NCBI RefSeq assembly: GCF_009914755.1
Contig: NC_060945.1
Reading direction: 5' to 3' (one strand)
DNA: 64,000 nucleotides
DNA from: the human T2T-CHM13v2.0 reference genome, Homo sapiens
In this document: one piece after another, positions 51,117 to 64,000 of the stretch
How the letters are laid out: each line of letters starts with the position of its first letter
How positions within the stretch are numbered: the first letter of the stretch is position 1
Translations under genes and position numbers: made by a program
Notes under the pieces: generated by a model
The model's input: only the letters and a program-made list of their open reading frames with translations
What the model was told of the DNA's origin: nothing
The model's database searches: none

Positions 51117-53074
51117 GCAGGGTTTAATTTGAACTGGTTAATGCATGTGTTTTAATTACTTGTGTTCCTCCAATCAAATGTTTGCTGCTTTAAAATTTTT
51201 CATATTTTAATTACCTGGTCAATGATGAATACAATATCTGAATATATTTTTGTCTGTTTTTACTTTAACATCAATAACGTCATAACTTAAATTTGTTGTT
51301 TCATACTTAGTAATATATAAGCCAAAATTCGGGAGTTAGGCTTTAAAGCTAAAGCTTTAATATTAATGTTGTACGGTAAGAAAAAGAGCCGATGCTAGGT
51401 ATTTCTATGTTTTATCTGGACTGTGATATAAATTAGCTTTACCATTTTAAGTGATTTTCATGTTGTATTCAGGGAAGCAATGCCATTAAATGATCAGAAT
51501 AGATTAAAACACTTTCATGTTTTCAAAGTATAAACCTAGTAAAGAGCATCTTCTGTTTTTCTATATACTCATAATTGTATAAAGCCACCAGTTTAAGCTA
51601 TTAAAAGTATCCATGCCATTCTACAAAACAAGACAAATACATTTATCTTGAACATGCTAAATATTGTCTGCACACAATTTCTACACTCAAACATTTTAGA
51701 TAAAATATGTTACTATTTCCTATTTATCAATGAATAAGAACATATTGGTTTGAGCTATCAGCAACAAGTATATTAAACATGTATTAACTTCCAAAAGAAA
51801 TAAGAATATGATGTAGTGGAGATATTAAATTATATTTCCAAAGAACTATATGACAATTTGTTGTCTTATAAGACTTCAATTACTTTGGATGGGGTTATAT
51901 ATCCCTCTAGACATTTTTTTTTGATAGAATGAACATATGGTTCTTAATTCAGCTAAACAAACACACATAAAAGAAATTTTAAAATATATGTTTTGTTTCA
52001 TTTTATCTCAATGGCCATAACTTTCTTATTCTTTGGAAGAATCAGCTAAATTAAGCATGGGCTATTTGAATGATTTTCTTGCAACAAGAGCTAAAAGACT
52101 GAACTGTCTTTCTGAAGCCATTGAGAAGACACTATTTCTTAGAATTTTAAAGTCTCTGGTTCAATTAGTGAAATAGTAGGAAAGTTCAGCTCTAGGGTGA
52201 AGAAGATGTTTCAAAACCTGCTAGGGGAAAGTTACAAGTCTGCATTCACATGCTCTAAGTTTTTGTCAGAAATGGGATTTGGGGGGTTATTTGACTGTCC
52301 TTATCAGGTTAAATATTACTGAGACCTGATGTTAGAATTACTGTTATAATAAATGAGAAAATATAAAATAAAGCCAGAGAGAGGGAGAGAAAGAGAGAGA
52401 GAGAGAATGAATAAGGCCAAAGGAATGTGTTGCTTTTCCCACCTCTCAAACAGTTTAGCCTTCTGAAACCTACATTTCCTGGTATTACAAAGTGAATTAT
52501 ACAGTGTGTAAGAAAAAATTCCTTCCCTGAAGCATTATGGCAAACCTGAAACAATTTCAGGTCTGACATCTCCCGCAGCTGAATCTGATGAGAAACAGAT
52601 CAAAGTCAAGGTGAATGTTTTTCCTTATTTCCCCCCTGAGAGTGGAAGCTGGATTGTGTAACAATTGGTACAAAAACCTGCTACCAGCAACAGTAGAAGC
52701 GGTAATTCAAAACAATCCAAGTTTATAAAGAAAAGCATTAACAATGTTGCCTTTTTAATTTTAGTCTTACCACTGTGCAATTTTGCTTTCCAACAAAGAA
52801 ATTAGATGACACTAGAGAATTACATGACATATGTATTCAATTTTGGGTAACTTCCATTTTACATAAGTTGTTTTTAATATAAAAATTATGTTTTAATGGA
52901 TGGATATAGATTTCCCTGGAGAAAATCTTATGACTTCGTAGGAATAGGAGAGTGAAATCAAGAAAGTAATAATTATCAGGTATGATAAGGTTTTAAAAGG
53001 AGTTCCTACACATAAACTCTTTGTAAATGGCAAATTAAAGATTCTTAAATTTTCACTAGCATTAGCCCAAACTG

Positions 53075-53218
53075 AAGGAGCTTAGAATACAGATTTCTAG
53101 CCCTATAACTCTGAGATTCTAGTTGATTAGTTCTTGCTGGAAATCTGAATTTTAACATCACCTGAGAGGTGATTTCTGATGCAGTTGTTGCATGGACTCT
53201 ACTTGAAGGAACACTATG
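53075..53218. mobile_element. MER5A-like MITE relic
   Basis: ggagcttagaatacagatttctagccc...gagattctagttgattag...aatctgaattttaaca...aggtgatttctgatgcag...cttgaaggaacact. Confidence 0.6.
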
Positions 53219-54199
53219 ATAAATGCCAATTGCATGAAAAGCAGACAAGGAGACAAAAACAAAGTTATGCCATGTGAAGGGCAGTGTCTGTATTCCTAGC
53301 TACTACCATGCTACTGATCTAAAATGATTCCCCTATGTTGCTCTTCCTTTATCAGTATTTCTCATCCAACTCATTCTCTCTAAGGAAAAGCACCTGCGAA
53401 ATGTGATTCTTCATAATAGAAGAAGCCAACTTACTCTGTAAGATTCATATCACAAATACATAATTTTAACCAAGTTTTCTTTTATTTTTGTTCAACTTTA
53501 TGGAGAACTAATCATTAAAGAAATTTTGAAGGCTGTAATTCAAATGTGCATCTTTTAGATACTCTAACCCATCATAATCTTTCGGTTTTCTAAATATTTT
53601 CTAACTTCCTAGAAAATAAGTTTCCAAAAAAATTTACTTTCTAAAAATTAGTACTTGAAAATTTCATTTTAGTGCTAAATTAATGAGTTACTCAGCTCCA
53701 TTGCTGGTGTGGCTTTGCTACTACAATCCTGACAAAAATGTAAATGAAGGTTCTGTCCCCAAGTACATGTTGGAGCCAAGAAATGTCTTGTCCTCAAACT
53801 GCTCTTGGTTATTTTGGTCTCAGTGTGTAACTATATACGTTTCTACTTGTGGGCACACTGACCTGAATTTGAAGTTGTTGTTTTTCCCTACTTTCTCCAA
53901 GATAAGTAACCATATAAAAGTCCTTAGGTATCATTCAGTTAGTATTTCCAAATATAACTCCCCTCACCCAATATTATATTTCTTTTACCTGGCAAGTTTG
54001 AAATAATATTATTTGCTAGCACACTAACTTAAGATGTTCAAGGTATATACATTTGTAGCAGGTCAACCCACCAATGCCTATTTGCATTTACTAAAAGATA
54101 AAAATAAAATTGAAAATAAATCTTTAACTATGTACATTCAAATATTGATATCAGGTTTATAAATTAAAATATTTGGCAATTTATATCTCCCATGACCTT

Positions 54200-56542
54200 T
54201 GTATTAGTCCATTTCACACTGTTATAATCAACTGCCTGAGACCGGGTAATTTACAAAGAAAAGAAAGATGTTTAATTAACTCACAGTTCCACAGGGCTCA
54301 GAAAACTTACAATAATGGCAGAAGGCAAAGGAAAAGCAAACACCTTCTTCACAAGGTGGCAGGGGAGAGAGAGAGTGAGGGACAAGCTGCCAAACACTTT
54401 TAAACCATCAGATCTCGTGAACGATTATTATCATGAGAAGAGCATGGTAGAAACCACCCCACGATCCAAACACCTCCCACGAGGACTCTCCCTCAACACA
54501 TGGGGATTACAATTCAAAATGAGATTTGGGTGGAGACACAGAGCCAAACCATATTATTTCACCCCAGCCCCTCCCAAATCTCATGTCCTCAAATTTCAAC
54601 ACCAATCATGCCTTCCCAAAAGTCCCCCAAAATCTTAACTCATTTCAGAATTAGCTCAAAACTTCAAGTCCAACATTTCCTCTGAGACAAAGCAAGTCCT
54701 TTCTTCCTAGGAAAAAAATAAAAATAAAAATAAAAAAAGTTAGTTACTTCCAAGATATGATAGAAGTACAGGCATTGGGTTAATTTTCCTATTCTAAATG
54801 GGAGAAATTGGCCAAAACAAAGGGGCCACAGGTCTCATACAAGTCCAAAACCTAGCTGGGCAGTCATTAAATCTTAAAGCTCCAAGCTCTCCTTTGACAC
54901 CATGTCTCAGATCCAGGGCACACTGCTGCAAGGGGTGGGCTCCCAAGGACTTACATAGCTTTACCCTTGTAAGTCTGCAGGGTCCATCCCTTACAGCTGT
55001 TTCACAGGCTGCTGTTGAGTCCATGAAGCTTTTGCAAGCACATAGTGCAAGCTATGTGTAGATTTGCCATTCTGGGGTCTGGAGGACAGTGGCCTTCTTC
55101 TCACAGCTCCACTAGGCAGTGCCCCAGTAGGGACACTGTGCAGGACTTCAACTCCACATTTTCGCTCTGCATTGCCCTAGTAGAGTTCTGCATGAGGGCT
55201 CCGACCCTGCACAAACTTCTTCCTGGACATCTAGGCATTGCCATACAAATTCGGAAATCTAGGCAGAGGCTCCCAAAGCTCAATTTTTGTCTTCTGTGTA
55301 CCCACAGGTCTAACACTACATGAAAGCCACCAAGAATGGGGCTTGTACCCTCTGAAGCAATGGCTCAAGCTGTACCTTGGCCCCTTTTAGCCACAGCTGG
55401 AGTTGACACAGCTGGGACACAAGGCACCATGTCCTGAAGCTGCACAGAACAGCAGGGCCCTGGAGCTAGTGCAAAAACCTTTTTCTCTCCTAGACTTCTG
55501 GACTTGTGATGGGAGAGGCTGCTATGAAGGTATCTGAGATGCCCTGGAGACATTTTTCCCATTGTCATGGCTATTAACATTTGGCTCCTTATTACAAATG
55601 CAAATTTTTGCAGCTGGCTTGATTTTCTCCCCAGAAAATGTTTGTTTTTGTTTTATTACCACAAGGTCAGGCTGCAAATTTTCTAAACTTTTGTGCTCTG
55701 CTTCCCTTTTAAATAAAAGTTCCAGTTTCAGATAATCTCTTTATAAATGCATATGACTAGATGTTTTCAGAATCAGCCAGGTCACCTCTTAAATGCTTTG
55801 CTGCTTAGAAATTTCTTCTGCCAGATACCTTAAATCATCTCTCTCAAGTTCAAATTTCCACAGATCTCTCAAGCAGCAGCAAAATACTGCCATTCTTTTG
55901 TCTACAGCATAGCATGAGTGACCTTTACTCCAGTTCTAAACAAGTTCCTCATCTCCATCTGAGACCACCTCCGTCTGGACTTTATTGTCCATATCACTAT
56001 CAGCATTTTGGTCAAAACCATTCAACAAGTCTCTAGGAAGTTCCAAACTTTTCCACATCTTCCCATCTTCTTCTGAGCCCTTCAAACTGTTTCAACCTCT
56101 GCCCATTATCCATTTGCAAAGTTTCTTCCACATTTTCAGGCAGTTCCCCACACCTGGTACCGATTTTCTGCATTAGTCCATTTTCACACTGCTATGAAGA
56201 ACTGCATGAGACTGAGTAATTTACAAAGAAAGAACAAAGGTTTAATTGACTCACAGTTCTGCATGGCTCAGGAAACTTACAATCAAGACAGAAACTGAAG
56301 GAGAAGCAAGCAACTTCTTAACAAGGTGGCAGGACAAATACATAGAGAGAGAGCACAAAGTGGGAAATAGCCAAACACTTGTAAACCATCAGATCCTGTG
56401 ACAGCTCACTCACTATCATGAGGACAGCATGAGAAAAACTGCCCTCATGATCCACTCACCTCCCACCAGGTCCTTCCCTCAACATGTGAAGATTACAATT
56501 CTAGATGAGATTTGGGTAGGGACACAGAGCCAAACCATATCA
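54200..56542 (-). mobile_element. Complete THE1-type (THE1D-like) MaLR element: LTR 54200-54556, internal 54557-56168, LTR 56169-56542
   Basis: Two direct LTRs (tgtattagtccatt...gacacagagccaaaccatat[t/c]a) flank a 1.6-kb THE1/MST internal region; 5-bp TSD acctt (54195-54199) / atctt (56543-56547). Confidence 0.92.
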
Positions 56543-57318
56543 ATCTTCAAATAATATCATAGATTTATTATCCAATTGTATACTTAGAAATAACCTTGAC
56601 ATTGTCTACAATATATAATCTGTTACAGTAAGTAATTTTGAATTAAAATAGTAGAATGCATTCTGATACAGGAAATAGAAACCTAAGAATGAATTATTTT
56701 ACCATTGCCAAATTATACACAACATATAAGTAGTAGAAATTGTAGATGATTTAAAGTGTGTTGTTTGTACTTTAAAGTGTGTAGATGATTTAAAGTTGTG
56801 TGTGTTTTCTTCTGATAAAGTGGATCTTTACATGATAAATTAGTAACTTATTATAAAAAGTTAGATCTTACATGATAAAAATAAAACATCATGTATGTTT
56901 TAGGTTAAGTATTTCTTTTGTCTGAGTTAGATTTTTGCAGTAAAGTTGCTGTGATGAAGCCTGATGCAATTGTAATACTAAAGTCTAAAAAAATTAGATT
57001 TATGGTAAGATTTTGTAAAGTTATTCATAGCCATTTAATAGTGTAAGACATTTTTAAGCATCTTCTAAAGGATGACAAACATTCCAAAGGATGACCATTT
57101 AGTTCTATTTTTGCATATTTTAAAGAAATATTAGACACATCTTTACACTTGATATTGTATTGGAAGGGAATTAGATACAATGAAACATATAACCTAAAAG
57201 AATCTCATTAATCTAGGAAAAAATAATGGAAAAAATCTAGGAAAAAATAATCTAGGAAAAACAATGGTATGTTTAGGAAAATAGCCTGTTGCATGGTATG
57301 TTATATATCAAGAAGGTA

Positions 57319-57752
57319 TGTTTAGGAAAATAGCCTGTTGCATGGCAAGAGAGATGCCACCTTGAAGTAAAACTGCCATGAGGACAAATGTTTGGCTCTC
57401 ATGTACAAAGATGTTCTGCAATAGGCCTTGAAACAATGCCTCTAACATAGATAATTTATCATAAATGTGGTTGTGTAACCTCCCCAGTGGTCATGAGTCT
57501 TGGCAAGAAAGTCTGAAGACATGGCGAGCTGCACCTGTTTTACCCTGAAAGTTTCCTTTATAAAAAATATGTTTTGGAGTGTAGATATGGGAATCCACTC
57601 TCTTGTGGCCACTCAAGACATTACTTCTCTTTTTAAGTCCCCTTTAATTTTTTTCTTTCCCTGAAAAACTGGATTCATCAGCCTCTTCTGTGGCCTCTCT
57701 TGTCCTTCAGGCTTTGGGGATGGGTTTGCATTTATTTGCTCACCATTAAACA
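57319..57752 (+). mobile_element. ERV solo LTR (LTR47-like, ERVL)
   Basis: aaatagcctgttgcatggcaagagagatgccaccttgaag...aacctccccagtggtcatgagtcttggcaagaaagtctga...ggtttgcat...gctcaccattaaaca; possible gtatg TSD (57316-57320 / 57753-57757). Confidence 0.7.
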
Positions 57753-57965
57753 GTATGCATGTGTGTTCTTCGTAACTATTTACCTATTTGTGTGTGTGTA
57801 CTTCTTTTTTAAGAAAATGAGTTTATATTTCTGGAAACTAACGATGTTATTCACTTTATAAATTGTAAAAAAAAACAGATTTTTTAAATGACATGTTTAT
57901 TTTCTGAATTATTTGTATTGATCTTTATTATGTACGAGAACTCAGAGAAATGGTTTTTAATATAT

Positions 57966-58665
<700 letters not shown>

Positions 58666-60987
58666 GTACCTTAAATTACATGTTGTTTCCTTACATATAT
58701 TAATTAGCAATTTCAAAAACAATTGAAGTTATGACAGACTTTATCTTAATGTTTTTGGTAAGATGAGATATTGATTTTATAAAAATTTCCTTTTTAATTG
58801 GCTTGGCATATTTTAAATAAATCATATTATAGCATAAGATAATCAATTGATGATGTGATTAATATACAAGCAGTTTTAACTTTATTCAGAAGTAAAAATA
58901 ACTGTAATATGTTTTCTTAATTAATGTAGGTCAAATTAAATATTTTTGAATATTATATTGTTAAGAGAACTTTTACGGTCTTGAGAAAGAAAGTAGAAAA
59001 ATACAATGTAAAGGATAAGATGTAATACAAGAGAATTGGAATTATATTAACTCAATTTGAATGTCACTAAGAGTTTACAAATCACTTTCAAAATGAGCTG
59101 TTCATTTTGCTAAATGTTATATATCAAGAAAAAAAGACTAGAATGACAAGGCAACTAAGAAATTAAATAAAATCTTTGAAATAAATATTTTCTTAACTTT
59201 TTATCTAATATAATTTCACAGTCAGGCTATAGACCTATAAATGTAGCCCCTAATTTAAAATAACCTATAGTTTTAACAATATATACATATGTAATAAACT
59301 TTGAAAAACCATAGATTTTATATATTATATATAAATGTATATATATTTAATGGAATGAAATTATGCTTGATTTAATTGGCCTAAATAATTACATATTTTG
59401 TATACTGATGTTTTGAAATTAAGTCAATATATTCAGATCAAATAAATATTCCAAAGCCTCTAAGTAGGCACAGATTTTCATCTAATGCCAATGAAAGTGT
59501 AAACTATTTAATCATATTTTCTGTTACTCATTTAATTTTTAGTCAGTGATTTACAATGTTTTTTTAACAATATTCACAATAAAACAAAATGTCAGTAGTC
59601 TTCATTATAAAGACTTTGCTACATGCTTACTTGGCTAAGATAAACTATACTTCTCATAATTTCCTTTTATTTGCATATTTCCATACATGTGGGCTACAAG
59701 ATTTTCCTGGAGAGGCAGAGGCACAAGAGACACTACAACCATTTTGTACAACTCAATTGTTGCTGATCTGCTGAGTCAACTCATTCAAATAAAGCAGCAG
59801 CTGTACCTTTATTTTCTTTCTTACTCCTGGATTTCCTTCAGTTTCTGTGACTCATGGGACATATGTGTGACTTCAATTCCATCTGAAAGAGCATAGGATT
59901 CTGCAGGATACCTTAATCACCAAGATCAGAGGGAGATCTTAATTGCATATGACAAACTTATTGTAAGAATGAATGGTGATTATGTGTTCTGACAAAAACA
60001 CAATCGTTTATTAAGCATTTAGTACATGCCAATCTGCTAGACATTTTACTTGTAAATAAGTAAATATTCAAAAATGAAAATACCCCAAATTAAGATACAT
60101 ATATTTAAGAGATATAAATAATTGAGAGATTCATTTGCTCTCCAAATTTGCAAATAACTACCAATCCTCAATGGCTTCATCTTCATAATAAAAGATGTTA
60201 AAATATATATAAGATTATTTACAACCTTAAATTTGGGAGAGTTAATGAAAAGGTAATATGAATTACCATTTCTATCTTATTTTTAATAACTTTATAACAG
60301 ATATTCAACAAATGTCCTATATTGACCTAAATTTAGATTCCTGTGTTTAGCAAAGAGTGCTAAATTAAACATTCATTTAAAGCAAAGCTTCCTCACATTT
60401 TAGCCCTAGATTTTTCTATTTTTCATTTGAATATATTTGCAATAAAGTGATATACTTTAAATACGCATATATGAAATATGCACATATAATATAAAACTTT
60501 TGTTTTTTAGCATAAGTGTTTGCAATGATGGAAGTTTATATATATACACATATATACTTGTACATATATATGTACATACATACATGCATATATGTTTAGT
60601 TATTTAAATGATTATAAAATATTATATTGTCGCAGAAAAACACATAAAGCCTGTTTCTTCTACATCTCAGTGCTAAGAGATATTACCACTAATTTTAAAT
60701 TTTGTCAATCATAAAGATTTAAACTTTTAATCTTAAATTTTTCCACTGCAGAATAACTGTTATTGTTTTTTATACCTATAATATTTGTAATAATAGCTTG
60801 TTTACTTATGAATAGATGTTGAACTTTCAGAGGTATTTTCTAGAAATATTACACACATTTCAAAATTTAATCTTTCCGTAAGTGAGTCACTACTGCATTC
60901 CTGAAATATGACTTCATGGGACATACCACATTATGTAAGATACACTTCTGTATTTCACTGCCAAATATTATTCTAATTATTTTACAA

Positions 60988-61195
60988 TTTTTTAAACTTT
61001 CAAGTTCAGGGATATAAATGCAGGTTTATTACACAGATAAACTTGTGTCATGGGGGCTTGTTGTTATACAGAGTATTAAGCCTGGGACTTATTACTTTTC
61101 CTGATCCTCTCTCTCCTCCCACCCTCTACCCTCTGAAGGCCTTAGTGTGGGTTGTTTCCCTCTGTGTCTATGTGTTCTCATCGTTTAGCTCCCAA
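60988..61195 (-). mobile_element. L1PA13-15-like 3'UTR fragment
   Basis: ttcaagttcaggga...tgcaggttt.ttac..agataaacttgtgtcatggggg...ctcctcccaccctc...tatgtgttctcatcgtttagctccca. Confidence 0.8.
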
Positions 61196-62249
61196 ATCTT
61201 ATTTATAATTGAAACCGCATGTGAATTATCTTTTTTAGTATGCCGTTTATCAGATTTTATTATTGTTTCATAAAAAATACTCAACCTCCCTTTTTTTATG
61301 TTTAAAACAATATTTGTAATTACTAATGATCATACTTGCTAAAATTGTTTGGTTCAAATGTTTGTAATAATGGGACTAGCTGCAATCTAGTTTTAATGAG
61401 CAAGGCAATGTTATATCCAAGACACACCCAATGGTACTTCTTAAACTTAGCTCAGGAGATTTCTATCAAGATTCAGATGGCGATAAAATAAGTATACAAA
61501 TCTGTTCACAAACATTAATAAATATCTGAAAGTTGATTGCAAAACAAAATGAAAACCTTAATGTAAGCACATATTTTATCAAATAGTTCCATCATTTCAT
61601 TGAGAATAAAAGCATTGTTCTTTCAAAGTTTATATAATGTTCAAATAATTCATGTATGCTATATGAATTTATAATATTTGAGACGTATATAATATTAGGT
61701 TAAATTCAACACATTTTTATTCTGTAGGGGCATGACACTAAATTTTTGCTTATAGAATAATTTCCAGTGATGAGTAATTATTTTCTGTTCTACCAAAATT
61801 CTATCAATATTTTAAACAATCTTGCAATTAGTTTATTTTAAAGTTTATATAGCCCTCAGACATGAATTAACATGATGCTGATATCAGACATGATGCTAGA
61901 TTATTATTTATCTTTTCAATGTTTTTTACCATACTAAAAGCATAATGCATTATTTTAAATTTGCTATTTATGTTTTGTCAGAAAATAATGAATGTTTCTA
62001 AGTTTTCAGATTTGTTCACATATATTTATAGCATTCTCTTAAAATTTTAATGTGTCTGTATTGTGCGTATAACAATATTTTTTCTCCCTGATTTCCTTAG
62101 CTGAATTATAAGAATTTTTTAAAAACTTTTAAATAAAAACCTTCTAGATTTATCAATTCTACTAGTTTTTGCTTTACATTTTACTAATTTCTATGCCATA
62201 TTTAATACTGCAGTATTTCTAATTTGTTGTTTTCTCTTTACTAGCTTAT

Positions 62250-64000
62250 GTTATTAATTATCACAGTCTATCTTTCAGGATTACGTTATTTCAATTAGAG
62301 TATAAGAACTTTTCAAGGTACCCTTTTGTGTTTCCATTACCAAAAATTGTGTTATTTTTGTCATAATTATTATTTTCAGTGTGTTATGAAAATTTCTCTC
62401 CATTGTTGTTATTTTCATTTCAACAGCCAATTATGCTTTAAGGAGACTGAGATAATGATTTAGAATTGTATACATATAGGTAGTATTTTCTGTGCTCTTG
62501 ATTCATTTATATGAATCCATATTTCTATACAGTATCATTTTCTTTTTGTCTGAAGGATTTCTTGTGACATTTATTGTGTGACAAGTCTTCTGGTAATGAA
62601 TTCTTTCCTCTTTTACATATCTAATACTGCCTTTGTTTCATGTTTGTTGAACAGTTTTTTGATATAGAAGTCTATACTGATAGTTTATTTTTCCATTCAG
62701 TAACTTAAAAGTTTTATTCCACCACCGTCTGTCTGACGTTATTTCTCATTAGAAATCTGCTGTGATCTAGTTCTATGTATATCAGTCTTTTTTTCTGAAT
62801 TTAAAAAATTTCTCTTTATCACTACCTTGCACAATTTCATTTTAATGTGCTTTACATTCATTTTTTAAAATATTTTCTTGCAATTGGGTTTTTTTTTGAA
62901 GCATTTGAAACTTTGTAGTTTTCACCAAATTTGGAATGTTTTCTGTTATTCTTTTTTTTTTTCCTTTTTCACCTCTCTTTTTTCTTTCTTTAGGAACTCT
63001 AATTTTATTTATTGTGGGCCACTTGAAGTTATACCAGTGACATTTTCTTTATTTGTTAAAAATTATATTTCCCATATTTTATTTTGAATAATTTCTATTG
63101 ATATTTTGAGGGTAATTATTTTTCAACTGCAATTTCTAAACTGTTGTTAATTTTATTTTCTGTATTATAGTTTTCATCTCTAAAAGTTTAATTTTTCATT
63201 TTTAATGTTTTCCAAGTTGCTAGATTTAGGCATTTGCAATACAGTTATAACAACAGTTTTAATGTTTGTTTTTATTGTCTGCTAATTCTAACATTTCTGT
63301 CATTTCTGGATAACCTTTGATTGATTGATACACCTCACCATTATGGAACAGAAAATATTTTTCTGTTTCTTTGCGTTTTTCTGTTTTTGTTTCTTTGTAT
63401 TTTTCTCTTTGTATTTTTCTTTGTATTGTTTCTTTGTATTTTTCTCCCATAAAAATGTGTTCTTTTCTCCCATAAAAAAGTGTTCTTTGTAGGATAACAC
63501 TTTGCGAATTTTTCCTTGTTTATGCTAGAACATTTTTATTTCTATAAATATTCTTGAAATTGGAATATGATTAACTTTCAAACAGTTTTATTTTTGGAGG
63601 CTTTTATTTTAAGGTCTGTTCAATGAGTACTCTCTGTGCTGAAGCTAGGATTAATATTCACCACTGCCGAGGTAAGATTTTCTATGCTTTTACCCAAGAC
63701 CCAATGCCTGTTGACTTTTTCCATCTGGATGGTGATATTCTTAGCTCTGTGCGCACCTGAGCACTGTCACTTGTAATTCATTGAGTTTGTTCTTCTCTAG
63801 GCCTTAGATAGTTTCCTCAAATGCATAAGCAGGTCATTACACAGATGAATACTCAAGGATACTCTCCTCTCTGGTCTCTATTCCAGATCAAGTCATCTTG
63901 ATCACCATGGTTTCTCAGCTTCATCTCTTCAACATAGAGATTCCTAGTCTCTGCCTATCTTCCCCTTCCCTGTGCTACAGCCAAGAGTCTCTCTTACTGC
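62250..64000 (-). mobile_element. Old L1M (MC/MD/ME-type) ORF1/5' region relic
   Basis: T-rich antisense L1 (gtcttctggtaatgaattctttc...attagaaatctgctgtg...ttgtctgctaattctaacatttctgtcatttctgg); minus-strand peptide PEMTEMLELADN resembles L1M ORF1. Confidence 0.6.

Noticed and set aside
57266-57345. CRISPR-like repeat-spacer-repeat with a downstream protospacer
   Set aside because: There are only two repeats and an 18-bp spacer, in a primate context with no cas genes; the repeat is the start of an LTR. Template switching explains it.

Overview
AT-rich, CpG-poor primate (very likely human) non-coding DNA, either a gene desert or a large intron. I cannot identify the locus from sequence alone. 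I find no protein-coding exon, tRNA, rRNA or CRISPR array, and the supplied ORFs are Alu, L1, MaLR, Tigger or low-complexity by-products. Much of the window is transposon-derived. It contains about 11 Alu/FLAM/FRAM copies, including a young 5'-truncated AluY with a perfect target-site duplication (TSD). L1 copies include a twin-primed, 5'-inverted L1PA7-like element, a second L1PA7-like copy that shares private-looking variants with it, and an end-to-end L1MA-type element whose RT domain is deleted. There is also a long Tigger4/Zombi with a decayed transposase, a complete THE1-type LTR-internal-LTR element, several solo LTRs, MITEs and MIR/L2 relics. The most interesting signal is not a gene but a set of template-switch scars. 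Two junctions are filled with sequence copied from 1.8-2.4 kb downstream (31163-31197 from 33523-33557; 57298-57314 from 59114-59130). A near-perfect ~180-bp inverted copy of an AT minisatellite lies ~0.9 kb from its source. At least five short fold-back palindromes overwrite transposon sequence. Subfamily names come from recalled consensus features and need RepeatMasker/Dfam confirmation.
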